From Escherichia phage vB_EcoM_OE5505: a DNA stretch of 64,000 nt. This document shows, in pieces, positions 1 through 9,833 of the stretch; within the stretch, counting starts at the first letter, position 1; every line of letters begins with the position of its first letter. The position numbers were made by a program, and so were the translations under genes. The notes under the pieces are model-generated. The model was given only the letters and a program-made list of their open reading frames with translations. It made no database searches and was not told the DNA's origin. The DNA lies in the sequence record NC_054926.1; one strand, written 5' to 3'.

Positions 1-266
1 GTTGAACGGGCATCAGCAATTTTAATATTTCCATCTTCTGACTGGGAAATTTCTGCATCATCATTAACTAGAGACAGAATACCGAGAAAACCGTTCAAAT
101 CGTAAATTGCTACATCAAAATCAATAGTGTCAGAAATATTTGCTTCCGCATAAGTTGTACCATTAACTGCGCGAGTCATAATAAATTGACCTGATTTAAG
201 CATAATACCAGAGTTAATAGTAGCGAAATTTTTAAGCAGAGCAGTAGTATCTTTAGACAGTTTCAT
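1..266 (-). CDS. 45: Sliding clamp gp45, N-terminal part (gene continues beyond window start)
   Basis: Minus-strand ATG at 266..264 preceded by GAAGGAAA; translation MKLSKDTTALLKNFATINSGIMLKSGQFIMTRAVNGTTYAEAN... recognised as T4 gp45 N-terminus. Confidence 0.9.
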   Translation of the reverse strand, partial: MKLSKDTTALLKNFATINSGIMLKSGQFIMTRAVNGTTYAEANISDTIDFDVAIYDLNGFLGILSLVNDDAEISQSEDGNIKIADARS

Positions 267-321
267 GTAATTTCCTTCAATTCAAATGAGATTTAATTTT
301 ATAACTAATTAAATAAAGCAA

Positions 322-711
322 TTAACGATTAAAATCAGCTGCGATTGTTTCGGCAACAATTTGAGCAGCAACAATCAGACGTTCATCTGCATTGCCGCAA
401 TATTCATCTTCAAGGCGTTCACCACATGAAGTCATAATAAATTTAGCACCGGCGTTTAGGGATTCTGTAGTATGTTTGCGCATTAGTTCAATCCATTTAT
501 TACTTACTTCACGATCGATAGCTTCATAATACGCATGACGAGCAGGTGCAGATTTAATTTTGTTCTGAATAACTTCCATTGCGTTATCAGAAAGAGACAA
601 AACCCATGCTCGACGAATTTTATTTTGGTTTTGTGGATTTGATTCAGAACGCACGTGTTTTGGCTGAATATCTTTTACATCAACAGTATAATTCACAGTA
701 ATTTTAGTCAT
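322..711 (-). CDS. rpbA: RNA polymerase-binding protein RpbA-like (129 aa)
   Basis: 129 aa ORF between 45 and 46, position and length as recalled for T4 rpbA; ATG start. Confidence 0.6.
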   Translation of the reverse strand: MTKITVNYTVDVKDIQPKHVRSESNPQNQNKIRRAWVLSLSDNAMEVIQNKIKSAPARHAYYEAIDREVSNKWIELMRKHTTESLNAGAKFIMTSCGERLEDEYCGNADERLIVAAQIVAETIAADFNR

Positions 712-720
712 AATACACCT

Positions 721-909
721 TTAGTCATAATAATCAGTAACAGTCCAAGCTTCATTTCTATTGGACATTATTTTTGTATATTCTGATTTAAATGCATTCC
801 TAAGCATAGATTCAGTAACTATATGCTCTTCATTAGAAAAATTATTTCTCAGAATATATCGTTTTATTTCAGGAATAGTTAATAGATGCTGTCCAGTTGA
901 ATATTCCAT
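721..909 (-). CDS. Hypothetical small protein (62 aa), 45.2-like position
   Basis: ATG-initiated ORF tightly packed between rpbA and 46. Confidence 0.5.
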   Translation of the reverse strand: MEYSTGQHLLTIPEIKRYILRNNFSNEEHIVTESMLRNAFKSEYTKIMSNRNEAWTVTDYYD

Positions 910-964
910 GTTTTTCCTCCATAGAGATTATACTCTAATAAATTAAAGCATAATCTCTTATAAA

Positions 965-2647
965 TTAAACCATTACAGTAAATCGACCAACTTTCTTCAT
1001 TTGAAGATGCTGACCGTATTCTTGCGGGTCATGGTCTTTATGCGAAATTATAAAGACATTAGTGTTTTTCATTGAATTTATAATATTAGCTACACCTTTA
1101 ATACCTTCGGCATCAAATGACCCGTCAAACACTTCATCGAGTATTAATGTACTAATACTAACACCAGATACAATAGAAGCAATATCACGCCAAGTAAATA
1201 AAAGAGCAATATCAATTCGTGCTTTTTCACCTTCACTAAATGAAGCATAACTAAAATCTTCACGACCACGGGATTTAATTGTCTCATTAAATTCTTCATC
1301 TAATGTAAACACATAATCCGCTTCCATTATTTTAAGATAATGGTTAATCTGCTTATTAAATAATGGAATGTACTTTTTAATAATAGCACCTTTAATACCA
1401 GAATCTTTGAGCATATCAGTCAAAATTCCTCGGTGGTATTTTTCCATTACTAAATTAGTTTTTGTCTTAACAATTTTATCAAGTTCTTCTTGAAGCAGTG
1501 CTATTTCATCAGCATGGTCAATAAACTCAGAAGATGCTTTTTCTATAGCCGCTTTAACCTTTTTAGCTTTATCTACTGTCGTGATTAGAGATTGCTTTTT
1601 ATTGCGAATATCATTTGCCAACGACTGTTGGGTTTTAATATTATCTCGGTATTCATCAACAAGAACTTTTAAATTATCACGATGTGTTGAAAGCTGTTCA
1701 AACGAATGCGTACATTCAGAAACTTTATCTTTAATTTTAGAAACAACTTTATCACCGGAACTCAATTGTGACAAACAGGTTGGACATAATCCACCTTCGT
1801 GATACATATTAATGACTTTATTATACGAGTCAATTTTTGATTTAATTAAAACTGCTTCTTGACCGATTTTATTAAATGCATCAGTCGGGTCTTCATCTAA
1901 AACAATATTAACTAATCTTTCATTAGCTTCTTCTATTTCAGATTTTAGCGTTCTAGCTTCTTTTGCCAAATCATCATACATATTTTGCAGACGAGTAAGG
2001 TTGTCACCCGTTAATTTTTTCTGGCGTTCAACGTTATCATTATATATTTTAATTTGTTGGATAATACTATCTTTTTTAACATCAAGCACTTGGTTCTGCG
2101 AATTTAATTCACGTATTAGTGCTTTATTAAGCTTATCCATTTCAGCTAATGTTCCTACCTCAAGCAGGTCTTCCACAAGCTTTCTTCGTGCAGGGGTCGA
2201 CAAACCCATGAAAGGGGTATACCCTGCTGTACCAAGGACAACAATCTGCTTGAAACTGGCATATGACATTCCGATAAGCTGTTCAAATTCTGCTTGGAAA
2301 TCTTTACTGCTGGCAGATTCATTAAGACGTGTACCGTTAACGGTGATTTCGAAAACGTTTGGTTTTTGTCCTCTTTTGATATAGTACTTTTTCTCATCAT
2401 ATTCCATCCACAGTTCAACTAAAAGTTCTTTCTTATTTGTGCTGTTTATTAATTGACCTTTCTTTACATCACGAAATGGTTTGCCAAAAAGCCCAAATGT
2501 GATGGCTTCTAACATAGTAGACTTACCACCGCCATTTCGTCCAGTAATAAGAGTTTTTTGAACCTTATCTAATTGAATGTCAATAGGATTTCCACCTACT
2601 GACATTATATTTTGATACCTAACTCGGTTTAGTTTAAAATTCTTCAC
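965..2647 (-). CDS. 46: Recombination endonuclease ATPase subunit gp46 (Rad50/SbcC-like)
   Basis: 560 aa; Walker A ITGRNGGGKST; long coiled-coil middle; C-terminal ABC signature region; GTG start with AAGGAA SD 8 nt upstream. Confidence 0.93.
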   Translation of the reverse strand: MKNFKLNRVRYQNIMSVGGNPIDIQLDKVQKTLITGRNGGGKSTMLEAITFGLFGKPFRDVKKGQLINSTNKKELLVELWMEYDEKKYYIKRGQKPNVFEITVNGTRLNESASSKDFQAEFEQLIGMSYASFKQIVVLGTAGYTPFMGLSTPARRKLVEDLLEVGTLAEMDKLNKALIRELNSQNQVLDVKKDSIIQQIKIYNDNVERQKKLTGDNLTRLQNMYDDLAKEARTLKSEIEEANERLVNIVLDEDPTDAFNKIGQEAVLIKSKIDSYNKVINMYHEGGLCPTCLSQLSSGDKVVSKIKDKVSECTHSFEQLSTHRDNLKVLVDEYRDNIKTQQSLANDIRNKKQSLITTVDKAKKVKAAIEKASSEFIDHADEIALLQEELDKIVKTKTNLVMEKYHRGILTDMLKDSGIKGAIIKKYIPLFNKQINHYLKIMEADYVFTLDEEFNETIKSRGREDFSYASFSEGEKARIDIALLFTWRDIASIVSGVSISTLILDEVFDGSFDAEGIKGVANIINSMKNTNVFIISHKDHDPQEYGQHLQMKKVGRFTVMV

Positions 2648-2907
2648 AAAAGATTCCTTTTAATGTATCTTTTAGACCATTCTATCATATCATCATAATC
2701 TAAAAAGTATTCATCAAATTCAGCCATGCAAACAACACCTTGTGCTGCTTTTGATGTGATATAAATTATTCCAACATATCTAGAATCTTCTTCGGTGTAA
2801 TCAATATTTGCTATGAATTCATCATTAATGTCAAATGTCGAAAACTTCACAGTATGCATCCTTAATACAAGATACGGCCATATCTCGTAATGATTTAGGT
2901 GTGTCAT
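2644..2907 (-). CDS. Hypothetical protein (87 aa)
   Basis: ORF ending in ATGA overlap with gene 46 start region; overlaps next ORF so start uncertain. Confidence 0.45.
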   Translation of the reverse strand: MTHLNHYEIWPYLVLRMHTVKFSTFDINDEFIANIDYTEEDSRYVGIIYITSKAAQGVVCMAEFDEYFLDYDDMIEWSKRYIKRNLL

Positions 2908-3094
2908 TATCTAAAATGTTGAAGTTAAAGGATACAGCCCAGTCAGTGCAGACCGTAACCTTTTTAATACAATTATCTTCAACCTCTAGCGGTTCAAACC
3001 AATATTCAATAATTTCTTTATGCCCAATATCATCTTTTACTTCGCATTCAAAATGCTGACTCATCATAACATTTTTAAATTCATCAAAAGTCAT
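2831..3094 (-). CDS. Hypothetical protein (87 aa)
   Basis: ATG at 3094 overlapping gp47 stop (ATGA). Confidence 0.5.
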   Translation of the reverse strand: MTFDEFKNVMMSQHFECEVKDDIGHKEIIEYWFEPLEVEDNCIKKVTVCTDWAVSFNFNILDNDTPKSLRDMAVSCIKDAYCEVFDI

Positions 3095-4110
3095 TGTGTT
3101 GCCTCTACATATAGCTGATTTGCATATTGAATAAGTGCTTCACGGTCAGAATCGGTGATGTCTGGAATTGCATTAATGTATTCTTCCATCAACGTCTGAA
3201 GAGATTGAACTTCAACCTCTTCGCTGTCATCTGACTCGACAGAGTTATCAATCTTTGACACAACTCGTAATGAATGCACAACTTTCTCTAGTTCAGATTC
3301 GAACTTCGTCAGATTTTTGTCTACTTCAGTTACTATAACACGTACTGATAGATTTGTAAAATCTTTATAGTCAATTTTTCCTTTAAATGGATAATGAATT
3401 CTACGATGCCAGGTAGTATTATTTGGAATAAATTCCATTCGTTCTGTTTCTGTATCAAACATCCAGAACCCACGAGGGTCATTCTCGTCACCTGCTGTTA
3501 GTGTCCATGGTGTCCCAATATATCTGACGTTAGCAGCCTCAGAAATAGTATGGAAGTGACCAGACCACACTTCTTTATAAGTCTTAAGGAAATCAGGTTC
3601 AAGACCATGAGATTTCATTCCTTTATAAAAATAAAATCCATTCAGTTCCCAGTGACCAACACAAAAAGAAGCAGATGAAGTTTTGATATGCTCAAGAATT
3701 TCACCAGTATTTTCTTCACACATCCAAGGAATTAAATCAATTAAACATCCGTCAAAATCTACTGTAGTAGGCTTATCATATACTTTAACATTAGGATATT
3801 TAGCCAAAAGCTCAGTAGAGGCATTTGGATGCATTACATTTTTATAGTGGAGATCGTGATTTCCTACAATAGTATGTAATGTGATTCCAGCACCATCAAG
3901 CATTTGAACTATTTCACGGGCAAACTCCATAGTTTTATGCGTGATTGCTTTTCGCACATCAAAAATATCACCATATTGAATCCATACAGTAATTCCATTT
4001 TTCTTAGAATATTCTATCGCTTGTTTAATTCCATCAATTTGAATACCGCGAATCCACTCATCATCAGCTTTAACGCCTAAATGCCAATCACCTAAATTTA
4101 AAATTTTCAT
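3091..4110 (-). CDS. 47: Recombination endonuclease nuclease subunit gp47 (Mre11/SbcD-like)
   Basis: 339 aa; calcineurin-like phosphoesterase motifs GDWHLG, GDIFD, GNHDLH. Confidence 0.93.
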   Translation of the reverse strand: MKILNLGDWHLGVKADDEWIRGIQIDGIKQAIEYSKKNGITVWIQYGDIFDVRKAITHKTMEFAREIVQMLDGAGITLHTIVGNHDLHYKNVMHPNASTELLAKYPNVKVYDKPTTVDFDGCLIDLIPWMCEENTGEILEHIKTSSASFCVGHWELNGFYFYKGMKSHGLEPDFLKTYKEVWSGHFHTISEAANVRYIGTPWTLTAGDENDPRGFWMFDTETERMEFIPNNTTWHRRIHYPFKGKIDYKDFTNLSVRVIVTEVDKNLTKFESELEKVVHSLRVVSKIDNSVESDDSEEVEVQSLQTLMEEYINAIPDITDSDREALIQYANQLYVEATQ

Positions 4111-4270
4111 ATATCAAGAACCGTCATTGAAATGCAAAATAAAATTATTGAAATAAACCCATCTGGTGTGCTAAAGAAACCAATCCAGCATGCTCTAGTG
4201 AATAGATAAAATGCAAGAAAAAGTATCACATATCCAAGAAATATCATTATATCAAACTCCGTATAAAGCT

Positions 4271-4288
4271 AAAGGGCCGAAGCCCTTT
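4271..4288 (-). terminator. UUCG-tetraloop hairpin at a-gt stop (AAAGGGC-UUCG-GCCCUUU)
   Basis: Perfect inverted repeat overlapping stop codon. Confidence 0.5.
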
Positions 4289-5489
4289 ATTTTGTAATAA
4301 TGTCAAACTGTTCTTTAAAGCAGAAGCTTGAATCTTGATGCTGATACAAAAATTCATATGCTTTTTCTCGCTCACGGTCATAAAGAGCTCGGTCAGATGA
4401 CAGTTCTTTAATACGTTCAAACGTTGATTCCATATCATTTTCATCAAACCAAATGATACCGCTATCATGCGAGGTCAAAGGAGTATTATCAACACGGAAT
4501 TTTAAATTTTCGCCAGTAGATTTCCAAAATACCGGAATTGTTCCACATGCACCAAGCTCGAGATGAGTATATTCTAAAGAACGTTGCAGATATTTTTTAT
4601 CCAACTTACTCAACTGATAACCAAATCCGGATTTACTCATGCGTTCAAGCATTTCGCTATTTACATAACGGTCAAGAATTTGCGTTGGCAAATTAGGAGC
4701 AATTTTAATTTGGTCTACTTGATGAAGACGATAATACTCGTATGGAATTCCTTTTTCTTTAATAGGAATGAACGCTGGAGAACGTTCCAGACCTTCCATA
4801 ATAGTACTTAGTCCTGCAGGTTTAAGATGTTTTTCATGAAAATCAAACATCTGATAAAAACCTTTCCATGTAGTCGTACGACCAATCCAACGGTTGATAT
4901 TCATGTTAATTTCAGAAACATCTTTCCAGTAGGTTGACCGAACCTTCGCAATATCCATAGGAGGCTGAAAGTTATATACTGTCGGTGCTTCTTCAATATC
5001 ATCAAACAGAGAAACAGTTTCTGGATACCATTCTTTCATCAGAACTTTATTAAAATCACCATTATCAGAATGGCTAAAAATAACATCAGCTCGACGAACA
5101 GTTTCTTCTAATCCCAAATTTCGGCGTAAAGAAAGAGAAGAATGGTCATGCTGATAAACTACAACACGAACCGAAGGTTTAATGTTATCAATAATTTTTT
5201 TATAGTTATTAATTGTGTCTTCTTCGACTGAAGTAGCAGGAACTGAATTGATAATTAGAATATCACAATCATTTACCAGCTTAAGCGTTTTATCGTATTC
5301 TTTTGCCAATAAAACCGGAATTGAAAATGATTTATAATCATGTGCACAGTTACGAGTAAATGATTTATCTTTAGCATAAACCAAAGTTACTTCATGACCA
5401 TTTTTAATAAACCAATCACGCTGCTCAAGAGAAAATTTAGTTACACCACAACCTTCAAGACCTCGAGCCATAAAAATACATACTTTCAT
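4287..5489 (-). CDS. agt: DNA alpha-glucosyltransferase
   Basis: 400 aa; sequence MKVCIFMARGLEGCGVTKFSLEQRDWFIKNGHEVTLVYAKDKSF... nearly identical to recalled T4 a-gt. Confidence 0.93.
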   Translation of the reverse strand: MKVCIFMARGLEGCGVTKFSLEQRDWFIKNGHEVTLVYAKDKSFTRNCAHDYKSFSIPVLLAKEYDKTLKLVNDCDILIINSVPATSVEEDTINNYKKIIDNIKPSVRVVVYQHDHSSLSLRRNLGLEETVRRADVIFSHSDNGDFNKVLMKEWYPETVSLFDDIEEAPTVYNFQPPMDIAKVRSTYWKDVSEINMNINRWIGRTTTWKGFYQMFDFHEKHLKPAGLSTIMEGLERSPAFIPIKEKGIPYEYYRLHQVDQIKIAPNLPTQILDRYVNSEMLERMSKSGFGYQLSKLDKKYLQRSLEYTHLELGACGTIPVFWKSTGENLKFRVDNTPLTSHDSGIIWFDENDMESTFERIKELSSDRALYDREREKAYEFLYQHQDSSFCFKEQFDIITK

Positions 5490-5540
5490 TTAATATCCTC
5501 TTTGTTTTGGTTTATTTTACCAAAAATTTATAAAGCAATA

Positions 5541-5558
5541 TAGGAGCCGAAGCTCCTA
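5541..5558 (-). terminator. UUCG-tetraloop hairpin (UAGGAGC-UUCG-GCUCCUA)
   Basis: Inverted repeat read from sequence. Confidence 0.45.
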
Positions 5559-5729
5559 TCCACATAATACGCCATACAGAGGCTCGTTAGAACTTTTAAA
5601 TTTTATGCGCTTATATTTTATAGTTCCTTCTGCTTTAGCTTTATCATGAGACTCTTTAAAGCGTCTCATCATTTCCTCTTTAGAGGAACGAATTTTATTA
5701 TAATCTATTTCAGAAGTCTGGGTGTTCAT
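5556..5729 (-). CDS. Small hypothetical protein (57 aa), below ORF-track threshold
   Basis: ATG 5729..5727, basic protein MNTQTSEIDYNKIRSSKEEMMRRFKESHDKAK...; stop lies inside UUCG-type hairpin. Confidence 0.3.
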   Translation of the reverse strand: MNTQTSEIDYNKIRSSKEEMMRRFKESHDKAKAEGTIKYKRIKFKSSNEPLYGVLCG

Positions 5730-5732
5730 CTT

Positions 5733-5936
5733 TCACAGTTGCCACCATTTTTTGACTTGATAAGAATCAACCCACACTTTCATATTAGGGTCTGCTCTTA
5801 CAATAGGAGGATTAACTTCTTTAATTGAACTATCATGGTATTCTTTTTCAGAAATTTTCACACAAAGATGACCATTCAGAGATTCAGTAAATCCTGCATT
5901 AATTTTAAGACGCTTGAATTTTACGTGTGTAAGCAT
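5733..5936 (-). CDS. Hypothetical protein (67 aa from first ATG)
   Basis: ORF-track first codon is TTG; ATG at 5936. Confidence 0.45.
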   Translation of the reverse strand: MLTHVKFKRLKINAGFTESLNGHLCVKISEKEYHDSSIKEVNPPIVRADPNMKVWVDSYQVKKWWQL

Positions 5937-6222
5937 CAATCATATCCTCAATCTGCGATCTAGTAGTCTTCCAAAGAATACTAATGAGTTCATCGTTATA
6001 TGGCTGTTTTAGAATATCCCGACTTTTCTTGATAGCATATTCGTATTGAGCAAAATTATTGTTTTCAGCTGCAATCTGAGCGTGCTTATAAAGACGATTC
6101 AGTTCGCGTTTGTTTTTAGACAATAACTTATTTGCTTTTCTTTCTGCTTCAAGACGGTTCTTTTCTTCAATAGAAGAAATAAGCTTTTCCACTTCATCAT
6201 TAATTTCGGGTTTATCAGTCAT
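5905..6222 (-). CDS. Hypothetical basic coiled-coil protein (105 aa)
   Basis: ATG start; Lys/Glu-rich helical sequence. Confidence 0.5.
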   Translation of the reverse strand: MTDKPEINDEVEKLISSIEEKNRLEAERKANKLLSKNKRELNRLYKHAQIAAENNNFAQYEYAIKKSRDILKQPYNDELISILWKTTRSQIEDMIDAYTRKIQAS

Positions 6223-6223
6223 A

Positions 6224-6442
6224 TTATTTCTCTAATATAAAATAAAAATCATCATCTGTTAAATGATACCTGTAATTTAATTCTACACCATTAGATTTAA
6301 AAGCGGTATCATACGGATTTTCTGGATCAATATCAATGTCAAGAGCTAAAACTTCCCTGAGATACATTTTAAGTAAATAGGGAATAGCTTCAACTTCAGG
6401 TATTTCTTCCAAGAATCCGGAGAGGTTAATCGTTAGCCTCAT
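6224..6442 (-). CDS. Hypothetical protein (72 aa)
   Basis: ATG start; directly downstream of gene 55 with overlap. Confidence 0.5.
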
Positions 6443-6983
6443 ATAAAAAATCCAAACTAGGAGAATCGTCTACAACACTTTTCTTTTCAGCCCCCGGTGT
6501 TCTATAGGTTGATTCTTCGTAATGCGTCATTTTATCGTAGATGTCTTGAATAAAAGTTTCATCTACTAACGCAACCATATCGTCGTCACGACTGTCATAG
6601 ACATTGTGAACGAAGTAACTATATTTCTTTGCAACTTCCTTACGTTCTTTTTTAATACGCTGGACGAATGCATTAAAACAAGCTTGAGTTATATACGCAT
6701 GTGGGTTTTTATATTTCGTTTCATCAAAATTATGAAGCCCCTTAATAGAAGCTTCTATACCATCTGCAATCATTTCTTGTTTCCAAGACTGGGTGTATCC
6801 TGAAAAGTTGAAACGTTTAGATAAGCCTTCTGCAATAAGCATAATGGCTAATCCAATAGTATCATTTTGACGAACTACTTTATTTGGGTCTTTATTATTT
6901 GCTAATTCTGTTTTCCAATCAATAATAGCTTGTAAAAGCTCTTTATTGTTTACGTAATTATATTTAGGCTTAGTTTCTGACAT
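6426..6983 (-). CDS. 55: Late-transcription sigma factor gp55
   Basis: 185 aa from ATG at 6983 (ORF-track start is upstream GTG); [31 protein letters not shown]... matches recalled T4 gp55. Confidence 0.93.
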
Positions 6984-7061
6984 TTTCACCTCTTAGCTCA
7001 ATTCATAGATCTATTATATCATAATATTTGAAGATCTATCTTAAAGCATAGAGGATATCAG

Positions 7062-7331
7062 TTATCTAAGTAAGCAGTATGCTTGGAACACTTTCTCCAT
7101 CATCTTTTTAAATTCATGAATATCTATATAATGACTAGTTAAATCAGCATGATATAAAAAGTCTAAAAACTTTTCATGTGTGCTAACATATTCACTTTCA
7201 TTTAATTCAGAAACATGACTTTCCCAATATCCAACACCAGTCTTATTTGGGAAAAATGAAATTTTCATGTATTGGTCAACATAGAAAATGCCATAATTTT
7301 CAATAGTAATAGAAATATTAATAAATTTCAT
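7062..7331 (-). CDS. Hypothetical protein (89 aa)
   Basis: ATG start; ATGA overlap with upstream small ORF. Confidence 0.5.
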   Translation of the reverse strand: MKFINISITIENYGIFYVDQYMKISFFPNKTGVGYWESHVSELNESEYVSTHEKFLDFLYHADLTSHYIDIHEFKKMMEKVFQAYCLLR

Positions 7332-7546
7332 ACATTCATCAACTTAGCCGCTTCAAGAGCTGCATCTAGTGAATCAAATTGGTCAACATATTCAATCAAT
7401 TCGCCGTAATTGGCATATAAACCACCATTGGCTAAATTCATACTCAAGGATGAATCCGTTTCCTTCAATTTGAGTTAAACCAATGCCATTTGTATTTACT
7501 TCATATCCAGCAAGACGCAAATCGTTAATAAGAGCTTCGTTCATAA

Positions 7547-7873
7547 TTATACCTTAGTAATTTTCAGGTCTGCAAATTTTTTCTTGCGTTGATTTTTCAT
7601 GCGACGAATAGTTTTATCGGAAATTTCATGCTTTTGATAAGCTTTAGATTCTACACCAAAAGCTTTAACATCAAATTCTGACAAGATATATTGAACCAAC
7701 AATTCACGGACAGTATTGCGTCCAATCTTCTGATCATTCTGTTTCATCGTCTGATGAAGCTCTTTTTCCCATTTATCCAAAATTTGAGGAGTTACAATAT
7801 CGCCTTTTTCTAGCAAAGAAACTACTTTATCATATGCGTAAGAATTAATGACGTTTTTAATTTGAATAGTCAT
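7547..7873 (-). CDS. Hypothetical protein (108 aa)
   Basis: ATG start, basic C-terminus. Confidence 0.5.
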   Translation of the reverse strand: MTIQIKNVINSYAYDKVVSLLEKGDIVTPQILDKWEKELHQTMKQNDQKIGRNTVRELLVQYILSEFDVKAFGVESKAYQKHEISDKTIRRMKNQRKKKFADLKITKV

Positions 7874-7911
7874 TACATTATCCTCAATTACGTTAAAATT
7901 TTATTATCCAA

Positions 7912-7927
7912 AAAGGGCCGAAGCCCT
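7912..7927 (-). terminator. UUCG-tetraloop hairpin (AAGGGC-UUCG-GCCCUU)
   Basis: Inverted repeat directly after stop of 7927..8127. Confidence 0.45.
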
Positions 7928-8127
7928 TAGCTAAACTTTTTGGCACCCTTCCAGCCTTCGTACATCATTGCGGCTGATATTAATATTGCTCCTGAGCAAC
8001 TTGAATATTTGTGATTCCAAAACCAGTTTAGAAAAACTTCATCATCAATACCTTGGGCTATCATATTTTCAAAGAACTGACGACGAGCTTCGGCAATTCG
8101 CTGCGATAATTTAGATTCAGGATTCAT
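7927..8127 (-). CDS. Hypothetical protein (66 aa)
   Basis: ATG start abutting stop of upstream gene; UUCG hairpin directly after stop. Confidence 0.45.
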   Translation of the reverse strand: MNPESKLSQRIAEARRQFFENMIAQGIDDEVFLNWFWNHKYSSCSGAILISAAMMYEGWKGAKKFS

Positions 8128-8259
8128 TTAAATTTTCCAGTTACCATTTTCATCAATAAATTTAATCCAGTCATTTACTGACCACTTAGTTGTATCACCT
8201 TTTGGAGTAACATTTAAAGTGTATAACCCCTGCTTAAAAAGTATTCGTTTGATATTCAT
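8128..8259 (-). CDS. Hypothetical small protein (43 aa from SD-preceded ATG)
   Basis: ORF-track 8128..8343 begins with TTG; ATG at 8259 has GAGGAAA SD and starts just after upstream stop. Confidence 0.4.
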   Translation of the reverse strand: MNIKRILFKQGLYTLNVTPKGDTTKWSVNDWIKFIDENGNWKI

Positions 8260-8266
8260 AATTTCC

Positions 8267-8560
8267 TCAGCTGTAACGATAACACTCGTTTGATTTACGT
8301 TTAGCAACTCGTTGAGAAGTATTATAATCAAAATCATCGTCAATGTAAACTGATTTTTTCAACTTTCTTACTTCACCGCGTAATTGACGATTTAACTCAT
8401 CTTTAACTTCTGAATCAATGCCTTTCATTCTACGCCATTTATCTGAGCGAAAAATGTTTTCAACCATATCTTTATGACTTACACCGTCTGGAGCTTTACG
8501 CTTTCCAAAATAGTCATAATCACGAACTTTCAAGTCTTTACGACGATACGTTTTACCCAT
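8267..8560 (-). CDS. Hypothetical basic protein (97 aa)
   Basis: ORF-track start is GTG; ATG at 8560 with AAGGAAA SD. Confidence 0.5.
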   Translation of the reverse strand: MGKTYRRKDLKVRDYDYFGKRKAPDGVSHKDMVENIFRSDKWRRMKGIDSEVKDELNRQLRGEVRKLKKSVYIDDDFDYNTSQRVAKRKSNECYRYS

Positions 8561-8735
8561 GGAGTTTAATTTCCTTAGCAACTGAACTAAATACAGCACG
8601 GTCACAAATCATCTGTTTATGTAACTTGAGTATAATATAGCAAACTTCAAAACTATTTACATGAGTAACACGAACAGCATTACCATTAATGAGATAATAC
8701 TGTCCCTTTTTAATTTCTTTATCAACCATAACCAT
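8553..8735 (-). CDS. Hypothetical protein (60 aa)
   Basis: ORF immediately downstream of early promoter at 8765..8795. Confidence 0.35.
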   Translation of the reverse strand: MVMVDKEIKKGQYYLINGNAVRVTHVNSFEVCYIILKLHKQMICDRAVFSSVAKEIKLHG

Positions 8736-8764
8736 ATCAATTCCTCAAAGGCAATTCATATGTT

Positions 8765-8795
8765 AATAATACCACAGTTTGAGCTCGTTGTAAAC
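8765..8795 (-). promoter_or_regulatory. T4-type early promoter (GTTTAC - 18 nt - TGGTATTAT)
   Basis: Minus-strand GTTTAC and extended -10 read from sequence. Confidence 0.6.
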
Positions 8796-8875
8796 AACTT
8801 TGTGAAAATTATTTTAGGGAATGATAAGAAGGGAACGATAGCTTAGAATGGTAATATACAGAATGTGAGAAAGAA

Positions 8876-8890
8876 GGACCCAGAGGGCCC
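8876..8890 (-). terminator. Hairpin GGGCCC-UCU-GGGUCC after nrdH-like gene
   Basis: Inverted repeat followed by U-rich tract on minus strand. Confidence 0.4.
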
Positions 8891-8893
8891 GTC

Positions 8894-9217
8894 TTAGTCT
8901 TCTATGATATCTCTATCATATCCAAGTGAAATGAGAGTTTCTTTGAAATGTTTAATGTTCTTTTGTCTAGAATCATTAATGAAAATGACTGGATAACGAA
9001 TGTTAAGAGATGTGAATCCGGCGCGTTTAGCAAGAGATACAATCAGTGGACGATCATACTCAATCTTACCATTATTTGTAAGAACTTTATAGAAAGTAAA
9101 AGGAGCATTGAGCTCCTTTAGAAGTTTTGTAACTGATTGACATCCAGGACAACGACCTACTTCTTCGGGGATGCCATAGATTTCAATCTTATTCTTTAAG
9201 TTCGAGTTTTGTTCCAC
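8894..9217 (-). CDS. Glutaredoxin-like protein (NrdH-like), start codon uncertain
   Basis: KIEIYGIPEEVGRCPGCQSVTKLLKEL thioredoxin-fold CPGC motif; no in-frame ATG near fold start, candidate GTG at 9217. Confidence 0.55.
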   Translation of the reverse strand: MEQNSNLKNKIEIYGIPEEVGRCPGCQSVTKLLKELNAPFTFYKVLTNNGKIEYDRPLIVSLAKRAGFTSLNIRYPVIFINDSRQKNIKHFKETLISLGYDRDIIED

Positions 9218-9500
9218 GAGAAATAATTCCTTGATAAGCCCAGTATGGCGGGTTAACAGAATCCTCACCAGAGTTTTCTTCAGGAAAATAAACCTGGATA
9301 ACGAAGCCGGATTCATCAAAGGTGAAATAAGTAGTAGGCAGTTCACCTAACAAATCGGCACGAGCGTTGATTTCTTCGAGGTCTTGTTCACGTCCAGCCC
9401 AGAAGCTTGGGTTCAGACTACATTCATAGAAATAATAGTCATTACCGAACATATCAAAACCATTCCAACTCTCTACTACATACCGCTCAAAACTAATCAT
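9189..9500 (-). CDS. Hypothetical acidic protein (103 aa)
   Basis: ATG start; compact ORF. Confidence 0.5.
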   Translation of the reverse strand: MISFERYVVESWNGFDMFGNDYYFYECSLNPSFWAGREQDLEEINARADLLGELPTTYFTFDESGFVIQVYFPEENSGEDSVNPPYWAYQGIISRGTKLELKE

Positions 9501-9502
9501 AA

Positions 9503-9718
9503 TTAAGCCTTTTTATCAAGAACAGCATTCAGCTTGTTAGTAATTTTATCCAGACGCTCATTAAACTCACTAGAAGATAAGCCCTTTTCTGGAGAAATTA
9601 AACTAATCACGAAAAATATAGCAATAAAAGGAATAAGGAAAATAGCTCCAACTGCCATAAACAGAAAGAATGTTACAGTTGTAAGAAAATCAGCTAAACC
9701 TTTACGAAATTTATACAT
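9503..9718 (-). CDS. Small membrane protein (71 aa)
   Basis: Hydrophobic segment LTTVTFFLFMAVGAIFLIPFIAIFFVISLI. Confidence 0.5.
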   Translation of the reverse strand: MYKFRKGLADFLTTVTFFLFMAVGAIFLIPFIAIFFVISLISPEKGLSSSEFNERLDKITNKLNAVLDKKA

Positions 9719-9833
9719 ATTTTACCCTTAATTAATTAACCAAGCATTGATAAGCACTAAACTATATTGGGAATAAAATTCTGGACCAAAATGAAAAATC
9801 ATATCATTTATAGTATCCATAATGTAATTCAGT

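Noticed and set aside
4247-4468. Minus-strand 73 aa ORF overlapping the 3' end of a-gt
   Set aside because: Out-of-frame overlap with the strongly supported a-gt gene and hairpin-containing sequence; likely spurious
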